From: Acidobacteriota bacterium
GTDB taxonomy: Bacteria > Acidobacteriota > Thermoanaerobaculia > Multivoradales > Multivoraceae
Assembly (NCBI GenBank): GCA_029263415.1
Contig: JAJCXN010000028.1
Span: forward strand, 64,013 to 128,012
Length of the DNA stretch: 64,000 nucleotides
Reading direction: 5' to 3'
The notes under the pieces were generated by a model that was not told where the DNA came from, searched no databases, and was given only the letters and a program-made list of their open reading frames with translations. Positions 1 to 7,830 of the stretch are shown piece after piece (within the stretch, counting starts at the first letter, position 1; every line of letters starts with the position of its first letter). Position numbers and translations under genes: made by a program.

Positions 1-1
1 A

Positions 2-565
2 GGTGCCGGCCTTGGCCGCGTCCGGTCCGTAGACTTTGCTGCGTTCTTCTTCATTGAGCTCGCTCAACAAATGCGTCTCGAAATCCGCAAGATGGACTGA
101 CAGGCGCAAGACCTTCTTAGCGCGTTTGAGCGCTGGCTCCGGCTCACCTTCGAGGAAGGCAAACAAAGCTAGGTATTCACCCTGCTCTTTGGGCCGCAAG
201 ACCATCAGGTGATCAGCGCGGTAGCGCGCCTTCGACTCGCGACAGTCGATCATCGGATCACTGAATCCTCCGACGTGACCAGAGGCAATCCAGGCCTTGG
301 GGTTCTGCACGATCGACGAATCGAGACCGACGATGCTAAGCGGATGTCCGTCCGGACCGATCGGCGGAGCCTCGACCATGTCGCGCCACCAAGCGTCGCG
401 CAAATTGTTCTTGAGCTGGGCGCCCAACGGGCCGTAGTCCCAGAAACCATTGATCCCTCCGTAGATCTCGGAGGCCGGAAACACAAAACCCCGCCGCTTG
501 CACAGCGCGACAATCTTCTCCATTCGTGCTGAACCGGTGAGCGAGTCGTTGGTCATCTCAGACAT
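2..565 (-). CDS. glyQS: Glycine--tRNA ligase, alpha2 (homodimeric) type, N-terminal part; runs off window edge
   Basis: Not in the ORF track. Manual translation from ATG at 565: MSEMTNDSLTGSARMEKIVALCKRRGFVFPASEIYGGINGFWDYGPLGAQLKNNLRDAWW...ASGHVGGFSDPMIDC. KRRGFVFPxSEIYGG, WDYGPLG and SGH are hallmark alpha2 GlyRS motifs. Confidence 0.93.
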   Translation of the reverse strand, partial: MSEMTNDSLTGSARMEKIVALCKRRGFVFPASEIYGGINGFWDYGPLGAQLKNNLRDAWWRDMVEAPPIGPDGHPLSIVGLDSSIVQNPKAWIASGHVGGFSDPMIDCRESKARYRADHLMVLRPKEQGEYLALFAFLEGEPEPALKRAKKVLRLSVHLADFETHLLSELNEEERSKVYGPDAAKAGT

Positions 566-897
566 GGTTGAGTCTCGATAGTTGTGACGGAAGGTTTCTC
601 GATGCTACGCAGTCGACGATCCACCCTCCAGTTCTCGAAGGGCGGTTGGACGACGCTGGCCGCCGCCGGACTCTTCCAGGGCGACTACCAAACGGTCAAG
701 ACCCCTGCGGGTTGATGGCGGTTCACGCCGATCGGCTCCGGCTCGCATCATCGGCGCAGTCGAACTCGGGCGACTCATCAACCCGGGCGACTCAGCCGCC
801 GGAGGAATCATGTGTCGTGGCTACACTTCTAGCCCGCGAGACAGCCACTGTCGGATAGCCACTGTTCGACACCCACCCGTCCGATAGTACTAAGGAG

Positions 898-1644
898 TCA
901 GTCTCGGGGCGGCTCGCCGACCCCTGGCAGTTTGTCCTCAAGCGCAACTAACTCCGCTTCAAGTGCTCGGATCCGCAACTCCATGTCCTTCAGATCGAGC
1001 TCCTTAAGTCGCTCCATCTTGCTGCGCATGCCGTCTCCGGAGAAGAAGACGTTCAACTCGTCGAGCACCAGATCAAGATCAGCTGAGGAACCAGAGCCAT
1101 CGGTTCGGGTCGCAAACTTGAAGGTTTGATCGGTGGTCGTACCACCGCTCCTTTCCACTCGCTGGCGAATGATCGAGGGACTCAGCTTGACCACCACAGA
1201 TCGACGCTGCTCAACCTTCACGTCAGCACTCTTGCGGGATCCTTCGCGGACGTACTCCATCGAAACAAAGCCGTCAGAGCGCTCCGCGATCGCCTGAGCG
1301 ATCTGCTGAGACGAACGGACTGTGTCGCCATCGATGGCAACGATCACATCACCTGGCCGAAGTCCTGCTGAGGCCGCCGGACCGTCTGTGGCGGTCTCAG
1401 CCACCAGTACGCCAACACCTTCTGGGACTCGGAAGTACTCGCGCAGACCGCTGGTCAAGTTGAGCATTTGAATCCCCACGTGGCCTCGTGAACTCGCGAT
1501 CATCGTGTCGACGGCCCTTTGGGCGGTGGGGCCCAGGATGTCAACTACTTTGCGCTCGGAGCTGGGTTGCGCCGAAGCCGGCGCGGCCAACATAAGGGCG
1601 ACCAAGCCACTCCAAGCCCAGGTGATCAATCTACGGTGGCGCAT
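898..1644 (-). CDS. Exported PDZ-domain protein with C-terminal coiled coil, no protease domain
   Basis: Signal-peptide-like N-terminus (MRHRRLITWAWSGLVALMLAAPASA). HtrA-like PDZ (GHVGIQM...GVLVAE...GPAASAGLRPGDVIVAIDG). Heptad tail (MELRIRALEAELVALE). Start moved to ATG 1644. Confidence 0.8.
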   Translation of the reverse strand: MRHRRLITWAWSGLVALMLAAPASAQPSSERKVVDILGPTAQRAVDTMIASSRGHVGIQMLNLTSGLREYFRVPEGVGVLVAETATDGPAASAGLRPGDVIVAIDGDTVRSSQQIAQAIAERSDGFVSMEYVREGSRKSADVKVEQRRSVVVKLSPSIIRQRVERSGGTTTDQTFKFATRTDGSGSSADLDLVLDELNVFFSGDGMRSKMERLKELDLKDMELRIRALEAELVALEDKLPGVGEPPRD

Positions 1645-1652
1645 CGGGCGAA

Positions 1653-2393
1653 CTACCAAAGCGGCGGCTCAATCGGACTAGACGTGTCCTCGCTGTCAAC
1701 ACTGAGCTTCGCGGTCTCCTGCCATGCATTGGGATGCTGTCGCCGGGCGGCTGCCATCTCCCTGGCGCGCTCCTCCAACGCTTCGAGCAACTCGTGAATA
1801 TCGACTTGAACCTCGACCCCATCCAACATCATCACCGTTACCGTGGGCCCGGCAGCTTCGCTGGTGCGACGCAAAGCTTCTAGTTCTTGCCGCACTCGCG
1901 CGGCTTCTGCGCGGAACTGCGACAACGAGCTACCGATCATCTGCGGGCTCCGCAACGAGGCTGCACCGGCACCTGGATTAGCGCCTGTATTGGCTACGAT
2001 CTGCCCACGAGTCGGTTGGCGTGTGGTGACCGGTAACGGTCGTGGCGGCGGCGTTGAGGACGCGCCCGCGTTCTGCGAAGCGGTGGCGATCTGGCCAGCA
2101 GCGACGTCGGTCGACCCCTCGCCGCGCTCAAGCAGCGACGGCCCGATCACGAAGCCCAACGCGGCAGCCACCACCAGCGGGGCAGCCAGTCGCAGGCCAC
2201 GGGCGAAGGTGAGTGGTGGCGTGGGCGCTGCGTGCACACGACGCAACACGCGCTCCTCGAAGCCCAGCCCAGCCTCATCGCGCGGCAGCGCGCGCAAGAG
2301 AGCGCTCAACTGCTCGTCGGTATCGACTCGCGGTTGCCTACTGGGAGAGGGTGGAAGGCCTAGCGATACGGGTGTGGGATTGTCTGAATGCAT
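1653..2393 (-). CDS. Putative single-pass anti-sigma factor
   Basis: Directly downstream of an ECF sigma. EQLSALLRALPRDEAGLGFEERVLRRV resembles an anti-sigma N-terminal helix, followed by a TM (LAAPLVVAAALGFVIGP) and a coiled coil. Start uncertain (ATG 2393 or TTG 2516). Confidence 0.6.
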   Translation of the reverse strand: MHSDNPTPVSLGLPPSPSRQPRVDTDEQLSALLRALPRDEAGLGFEERVLRRVHAAPTPPLTFARGLRLAAPLVVAAALGFVIGPSLLERGEGSTDVAAGQIATASQNAGASSTPPPRPLPVTTRQPTRGQIVANTGANPGAGAASLRSPQMIGSSLSQFRAEAARVRQELEALRRTSEAAGPTVTVMMLDGVEVQVDIHELLEALEERAREMAAARRQHPNAWQETAKLSVDSEDTSSPIEPPLW

Positions 2394-2493
2394 GGAGGTT
2401 CTGTCGCTTTGGGTCAATATTGAGAGCTTGAAGTTCGTTGAGGTTCTGCGATGACCGGCAGCTTCTCTGAAGTGCCGATCGGGAGTTCTGGTG

Positions 2494-3219
2494 CTATGCC
2501 TGGTTCTCGCGATCAAGCATCTGGGTCTGCCAATAGTCCTCGAGGATCTCTCGAAGCCTTGCCTTGGCGCGGTTGATACGGGATTTCACCGTGCCCTCGC
2601 GGCAATCGAGCGCTTGGGCGATCTCGGAATAGGAAAGCCCTTCGATCTCACGCAGAACAATCGGTGCGCGATAACGCAACGGCAACTCAGCCAACGCCTG
2701 GGTCACCACATCCACCACCTCGCCCGAGATCGCTTCTCGATGAGGCGAGACAGGCGAACGCTCATCTTCGATTGCGAACAAGTTCGACAGCGTCCGCCAG
2801 CGCGACTTACGTCGCTCCTCAGATCTCACCAAATTGGTGGCGATACGGTAGAGATAGGCGGTGAAGAAGCCGCGATCTTGGTAGCGCGACGAGTTCTGAT
2901 AGAGCCGCAAGAACGCCTCTTGAGAGACCTCTTCGGCACGATCCCGACACCTAGTCAACCTGGACAGGTAGTTAACCAACGCGTTCTTGTGACGAGACAT
3001 GAGCAGCTCAAACGCCGCTTCATCGCCAGCTTGCACCAGCACCATCAGAGCACCGTCTTCCTGTTCGCAAAGCGGCACGCCAGCGGCGCCATCCGCACCT
3101 TCAGTGGGGTTGGGTCGGGCTTGAGGTGTCGCGTTGCTACCGGGTTTGCGCAGTCGAGGGCGCAGGGTGGCGAGATCGTGGTCGTTCATGGTGGTGCTAA
3201 TAGACGTCACGGTATTCAT
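2494..3219 (-). CDS. ECF RNA polymerase sigma factor (SigE/SigW-like)
   Basis: Region 2 (AGDEAAFELLM...DRAEEVSQEAFLRLY...FTAYLYRIATN) and region 4 (LPLRYRAPIVLREIEGLSYSEIAQALDCREGTVKSRINRAK). Start uncertain (3189, 3219 or 3270). Confidence 0.93.
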   Translation of the reverse strand: MNTVTSISTTMNDHDLATLRPRLRKPGSNATPQARPNPTEGADGAAGVPLCEQEDGALMVLVQAGDEAAFELLMSRHKNALVNYLSRLTRCRDRAEEVSQEAFLRLYQNSSRYQDRGFFTAYLYRIATNLVRSEERRKSRWRTLSNLFAIEDERSPVSPHREAISGEVVDVVTQALAELPLRYRAPIVLREIEGLSYSEIAQALDCREGTVKSRINRAKARLREILEDYWQTQMLDRENQA

Positions 3220-3303
3220 CCTGAATCGTTGCAGCTCTAACGCGAAAACCGCTAGGCCGAGATGGCCCAAACAGGGCTCTTCGCTCTCTCTTCCGCATAG
3301 CTA

Positions 3304-3330
3304 CAACGTCCAACCCGCACCGCAAGTTCC
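3304..3330 (-). promoter_or_regulatory. Putative autoregulatory ECF promoter GGAAC-N17-CGTTG
   Basis: Minus strand reads GGAAC ttgcggtgcgggttgga CGTTG, matching the SigH/SigE/SigR-type consensus GGAAC-N17-CGTT, just upstream of the ECF gene. Confidence 0.65.
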
Positions 3331-3432
3331 CGCCTCAGGGTATCGATCTGAGACCGCGCTTTCGGGCTACCCACGAGCCGGACCGATGAGGAAACATATC
3401 CCGACCCGCACCAAGTCTCCGGTTTCTGAGTA

Positions 3433-5049
3433 CTACCGACTGTAAGCCTTCGTATCGATCCCGAACTTCTTGACCTTGTAGCCGATAATCCGCGGCGTCG
3501 ACTGCAGCATATTCGCCGCCGATGACACATTGCCGCGGCAGGTCTTGAGCGCATCCCGAATTAGGTCACGTTCGAACGCATCGACCCGATACCGTAGCGA
3601 ATCGGTGGAATTCAAGCCAGTCGTCACCTCGGCGGTCTGCAAGGTCGGGGGTAAGTGGTAGGGATGGATGACATCGCCCTCTGCGACCAAGACCGCTCGC
3701 TCGATGCAATTTTCGAGTTCTCGAACGTTGCCCGGCCAGTGGTAGCTCATCAGCATGTCGATCGCGGCGCTCGAAAGCCGGCGCACCGGTCGCCGATTGG
3801 TGCGTGCATAGCGCTCGATGAAATGGTCGGCCAAGAGCACAACATCGCTCTTTCGCTTGCGCAGCGCCGGCACGTGGATTGGGAACACGCTGAGTCGATA
3901 GAACAGGTCCTCGCGAAAGCTGCGTTGCGCAGCCTCCGCCGCCAGGTCCTTGTTGGTCGCAGCGATCACTCGTACGTCAACCTGTACCGTCTTGGTCCCG
4001 CCCACCCGCTCAAACTCGCGTTCTTGCAAGACGCGCAACAGCTTGATCTGAATCGTCGCCGGAATGTCGCCGACCTCATCCAGGAAGAGGGTTCCGCCAC
4101 CGGCCAGTTCGAAGCGGCCCTTACGATCGGCAACCGCGCCAGTGAAGGCCCCTTTGACGTGGCCAAAAAGCTCGCTCTCGATCAAGGACTCGGGCAGCGC
4201 CGCGCAATGCACTTTGACGAACGGACCCGCGGCACGATCCGAATCGTAGTGCATGGCTTGCGCCACTAGCTCTTTGCCAGTGCCGGTCTCCCCCAAGATC
4301 AGGACGCTGGTATTGCTAGTCGAGACCATCGCGATCTGATCGTAGACCTCTTGCATCTCATGCGAGTTGCCAACAATGTTGGATGGTCTGAAACGGTCCT
4401 TAAGTTGCTCGCGAAGTCGCTCGTTCTCTTGTTCGAGCTTCTCCTTCTCCTCCTCCGCCGCACGACGAATCTTGACCGCCTGCGCCAGCATCGTGCAGAC
4501 AATCTGCAGCAAGCGAAGGTCCTCGTCCAGGTCAACGTCTTCGGTGTATGGCCGGTCGACCGACAGAGCGCCGTAGGTCTCGTTTCCGGCACGCACCGGA
4601 ACACAGATGAAAGAGAGCTCGACACCAACTCCATCCTTGCCGACCCCTAAGCGCTGAGTCCGATCGAGAAAGAGAGGCGATTCACTGAGTTTGGGCACCA
4701 CCGCGGGCTCACCGCTCTCGACCACGCGCCCAGTCACCCCTTCGCCCAGCCGAAACCGGCCCCGGCGTGCCATCTGATCGCTGACCCCGTGGGCTACCTC
4801 AATGAATATGTCGCCCGTTTGGCGGTTGAGCAGAGTCAGCGTGCCGTGCTCAAGACCCATGTGCTCGGCCAAAGCGTCGAGGACGGGCGGGAGCATCTCG
4901 CGCAGATCAAGGCTTCGCTCCAGCAAGTCGCTCAACCGGTAGAGCAACTTGAGTTCGCGCACCTCTCGACGATCTGGAACCGACTCCATCCCGCTGCGGG
5001 CAGAGTGGCCGGCAGCGAGACTTGCATCCGTGGAGCGGTTTCTCGACAT
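3433..5049 (-). CDS. NifA-like sigma54-dependent activator (GAF-AAA+-Fis HTH)
   Basis: N-terminal GAF, coiled coil, Walker A GETGTGKE, GAFTGA, FLDEVG, WPGNVRELEN and a C-terminal HTH (GNVSSAANML...IIGYKVKKFG). Confidence 0.93.
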   Translation of the reverse strand: MSRNRSTDASLAAGHSARSGMESVPDRREVRELKLLYRLSDLLERSLDLREMLPPVLDALAEHMGLEHGTLTLLNRQTGDIFIEVAHGVSDQMARRGRFRLGEGVTGRVVESGEPAVVPKLSESPLFLDRTQRLGVGKDGVGVELSFICVPVRAGNETYGALSVDRPYTEDVDLDEDLRLLQIVCTMLAQAVKIRRAAEEEKEKLEQENERLREQLKDRFRPSNIVGNSHEMQEVYDQIAMVSTSNTSVLILGETGTGKELVAQAMHYDSDRAAGPFVKVHCAALPESLIESELFGHVKGAFTGAVADRKGRFELAGGGTLFLDEVGDIPATIQIKLLRVLQEREFERVGGTKTVQVDVRVIAATNKDLAAEAAQRSFREDLFYRLSVFPIHVPALRKRKSDVVLLADHFIERYARTNRRPVRRLSSAAIDMLMSYHWPGNVRELENCIERAVLVAEGDVIHPYHLPPTLQTAEVTTGLNSTDSLRYRVDAFERDLIRDALKTCRGNVSSAANMLQSTPRIIGYKVKKFGIDTKAYSR

Positions 5050-5069
5050 GACAGGCGACGAAAGACTCC

Positions 5070-5087
5070 GGTAACTTCAAAGTTACC
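5070..5087. promoter_or_regulatory. Palindrome GGTAACT-tcaa-AGTTACC between glnII and the activator (terminator hairpin or operator)
   Basis: Perfect 7-bp inverted repeat in the 47-bp gap; the core also reads GTAAC-N6-GTTAC. Confidence 0.45.
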
Positions 5088-5096
5088 CGGCCAGCG

Positions 5097-6092
5097 CTAC
5101 CAACCCATGGTCTTGATCAGCCGCCCGGTAGCTCGGTACGGGTCGGCGTTCGCGGCCACTCGCCGGTCCTCGAGGTAGCCCTTCCAGTCGTTGAGCACCG
5201 TGCCCACAGGAATGCGGATTGAAGCGCCGCGGTCGCTGACGCCATAGCTGAACTGATCGATCGACTGTGTCTCGTGCAGTCCAGTCAACCGCTGCTCGTT
5301 GCTCGATCCGTATTCGGCGATGTGCTCATCGTGCACTTCGCGAAACTTCTCACAGATTCCCAACATGTACTCCTCGCCACCTTCATCGCGCATCTGAGCG
5401 TTGGAGAAGTTCATGTGCATGCCTGTACCGTTCCAATCGCCATGCACAGGTTTGGGGTGAATGGAGATCGAGACCCCGTACTGCTCGCCAACCCGATAGA
5501 GCAAGTAGCGAGCCAGCCAGAGGTCGTCGCACGCCCGCTGCGCGCCCTTGGCAAACAGCTGAAACTCCCACTGCCCCTTCATCACCTCAGCGTTGATGCC
5601 AGTAATCCCCAGTCCGGCCTCGAGGCAGATGTCGAGATGGGTCTCGACGATTTCTCGACCAACACAGTTTTCTTCGCCCACAGAACAGTAGTAGGGGCCC
5701 TGGGGGCCCGGGTAGCCGTCCGCAGGAAAGCCGAGTGGCTTCGATGGGCTTTGCATGATGGTGTATTCCTGCTCGAATCCCAGCCACAAGTCTGGAACAT
5801 CGTCAAAGGAACCGCGGTGGTTGCTCGGATGCCGTTCGGAATCCGGAGTCTGAACCTCACAAAGCACCAGAAAGCCGTTCTCGCGAGCTGGATCGCGGAT
5901 CACTCGCACCGGCTTCAACAGACAATCAGACGAGCCACCTTCGGCCTGCTCGGTCGAGCTGCCATCGAAGTTCCACATCGGGCAATCATCGGGACCATCC
6001 GGGGCCTCGTCGACGATCTTGGTCTTACTCCGAAGCGACGATTCAGGCCTGTAGCCGTCAAGCCAGATGTATTCGAGTTTGTACTTCGCCAT
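5097..6092 (-). CDS. glnII: Glutamine synthetase type II
   Basis: 331 aa from ATG 6092: MAKYKLEYIWLDG, LRSKTK, WNFDGSST, GFEQEY, QGPYYCSVG, GINAEVMKGQWEFQ, GDWNGTGMHMNFS, RLTGLHET, DRGASIRIP, GYLEDRR are all GSII motifs. Confidence 0.95.
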   Translation of the reverse strand: MAKYKLEYIWLDGYRPESSLRSKTKIVDEAPDGPDDCPMWNFDGSSTEQAEGGSSDCLLKPVRVIRDPARENGFLVLCEVQTPDSERHPSNHRGSFDDVPDLWLGFEQEYTIMQSPSKPLGFPADGYPGPQGPYYCSVGEENCVGREIVETHLDICLEAGLGITGINAEVMKGQWEFQLFAKGAQRACDDLWLARYLLYRVGEQYGVSISIHPKPVHGDWNGTGMHMNFSNAQMRDEGGEEYMLGICEKFREVHDEHIAEYGSSNEQRLTGLHETQSIDQFSYGVSDRGASIRIPVGTVLNDWKGYLEDRRVAANADPYRATGRLIKTMGW

Positions 6093-6235
6093 GAGTCTGT
6101 TGTGCTCTCTCCCCGCCAAGGGAAACGCGGTAGGCAACCTGCCGAGTCGGTTTCGACCAGTGCATGCCGCAGATTCGAGGGTCACAAGACCGCGACTCTC
6201 GATCCAAGTTACGGTTTTGTTCACAACGACACCAC

Positions 6236-6252
6236 AGCAACCGGCATGCCAC
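6236..6252 (-). promoter_or_regulatory. sigma54 (-24/-12) promoter of glnII
   Basis: Minus strand GTGGCATGCCGGTTGCT fits TGGCAC-N5-TTGCW with exact GG/GC spacing, about 145 bp upstream of the glnII ATG. Confidence 0.8.
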
Positions 6253-6343
6253 TTGCCGCCGCAAACCAGCAGAAGCCTCTAGACAGTTGCAATCGCAAGC
6301 AATTGCGACCAATCGGCCAGGATCTCTTCACCAAGACCGTGCT

Positions 6344-6474
6344 GACAATTTTGTCGCAATAACTGCTCTAACCACGTGCGCCTAGAAATCATCCACGAGC
6401 CGCCTCCCATCCGCGAGACTTTCCAGGGATTCTACACAATTGTCGCGATAAGAACGTCTTGCTACAATTTTGTC
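6344..6474. promoter_or_regulatory. Three related palindromes, candidate upstream activator sequences
   Basis: GACAATTTTGTC (6344-6355), ACAATTGT (6436-6443) and TACAATTTTGTC (6463-6474), AT-rich in a GC-rich genome, about 100-220 bp upstream of the sigma54 box. Confidence 0.55.
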
Positions 6475-6477
6475 TGG

Positions 6478-7830
6478 TCAGGCGGTGACGACTTTCGATG
6501 AGATCAAATCTGGGTCGTAGCCTCGGCCTTTAACGAAAACGCCGCGGGTATCGATCACCAATGGGGCATGTTTGAGCACTGTGGCGTAGTCAACAGAGTC
6601 GTGATCGGTGACCAGCACCACCGCGTCACTCGACTGCAGCCGCTCAGAGGACGGCGAGACCGACTTGAGCTCTTCTAGATCGGGCCAGGACCGCATGCGC
6701 GGTGTCACCGGAAAGAACGGGTCGTGGTAACTGATCTCAGCTCCAGCTTGTCGGAGCAGCTCCAGAATCTCGAACGAAGGGCTTTCACGCGGGTCAGCGA
6801 CATTCTTCTTGTAGGCGAGTCCGAGAACCAGAATGCGAGCGCCCTCGAGATCCCGGGGCAACACAGCTTCCAGTCGAGCCAGCACATAGCGAGGCATCTC
6901 GATGTTGATCTGGCCGGCCAGCTCTATGAACCGAGCACGAGTGCCGTTTTGCTCAGCTTTCCATTTCAAGTAGAAGGGATCAACCGGAATACAGTGCCCC
7001 CCCCAACCCGGCCCGGGATCGAAACGCATGAATCCAAAAGGTTTGGTCTCCGCTGCATCCAACACTTCACGCACATCGATTCCAAGGCTGTCGTAAACCA
7101 CCTTGAGTTCGTTGACCAGGGCGATATTGACCGCACGAAAGATGTTCTCGGTTAGCTTCGCCGCCTCCGCAACCTTGGGCGATGACACTGGCACCACCTT
7201 GGGCACGATCTTGAGATAGAGCGTTTCAGCAACTCGCGTCGCCGCCGGATCGACTCCCCCAACAACCTTGGGAATGTCGGTGGTGCCGAAGTCTGGATTG
7301 CCCGGGTCTTCGCGCTCGGGAGAGAACGCCAGCAGAAAATCCGCGCCGCAGACCAGGCCTCGGGACTCGAGAATCGGCTGCAACACGTCCTCGGTCGTGC
7401 CCGGGTACGTGGTGGATTCCAGCACCACCAACTGCCCCGGACGGAGTTGCTCAACGATCGAGTCAGCGGTCGCGAGAACAAATGACAGATCCGGTTCGCG
7501 ATCAACCGTGAGCGGAGTCGGCACGCAGATGAGGATCGCATCGGCCAACGACAGCGCCTGGAACGAGGTGGTCGCTGACAGGGCGCCCGCACGCACCAAT
7601 TGCTCGAGCTCCGCACTGTCAACGGCGCCAATATAGCTTTCACCGCTGGTGATGCTGTTGACCTTCTTGGCATCGGTATCGACGCCCATCACTTTGAGCC
7701 CAGTCCGCGCGAACGCTACAGCCAACGGCAACCCAACGTAGCCCAAACCCAAAATCGCCACAGTGGCTGTGCCACTGAAGATTCGGCGTTCCAGTTCGGC
7801 CGCGCTAGATGGCTGCTCGGAAGAGACCAT
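6478..7830 (-). CDS. Nucleotide-sugar 6-dehydrogenase (UDP-GlcNAc/ManNAc dehydrogenase, WbpA/WecC-like)
   Basis: GLGYVGLP Rossmann motif, ICVPTP, LESTTYPGTT, SPEREDPGN, AEAAKLTEN, GPGWGGHCIPVDP, GLAYKKNVADPRESPS. Confidence 0.92.
   Translation of the reverse strand: MVSSEQPSSAAELERRIFSGTATVAILGLGYVGLPLAVAFARTGLKVMGVDTDAKKVNSITSGESYIGAVDSAELEQLVRAGALSATTSFQALSLADAILICVPTPLTVDREPDLSFVLATADSIVEQLRPGQLVVLESTTYPGTTEDVLQPILESRGLVCGADFLLAFSPEREDPGNPDFGTTDIPKVVGGVDPAATRVAETLYLKIVPKVVPVSSPKVAEAAKLTENIFRAVNIALVNELKVVYDSLGIDVREVLDAAETKPFGFMRFDPGPGWGGHCIPVDPFYLKWKAEQNGTRARFIELAGQINIEMPRYVLARLEAVLPRDLEGARILVLGLAYKKNVADPRESPSFEILELLRQAGAEISYHDPFFPVTPRMRSWPDLEELKSVSPSSERLQSSDAVVLVTDHDSVDYATVLKHAPLVIDTRGVFVKGRGYDPDLISSKVVTA

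Noticed and set aside
3433-5049. NifA-like protein as evidence of nitrogen fixation
   Set aside because: No nif structural or cofactor genes in the window; GAF-type sigma54 activators are common in non-diazotrophs.
2491-6362. Long antisense ORFs (2491-3240, 3655-4269, 5274-6362) and many similar ones across the window
   Set aside because: They overlap well-supported genes on the opposite strand, have no motifs, and are expected in high-GC DNA.
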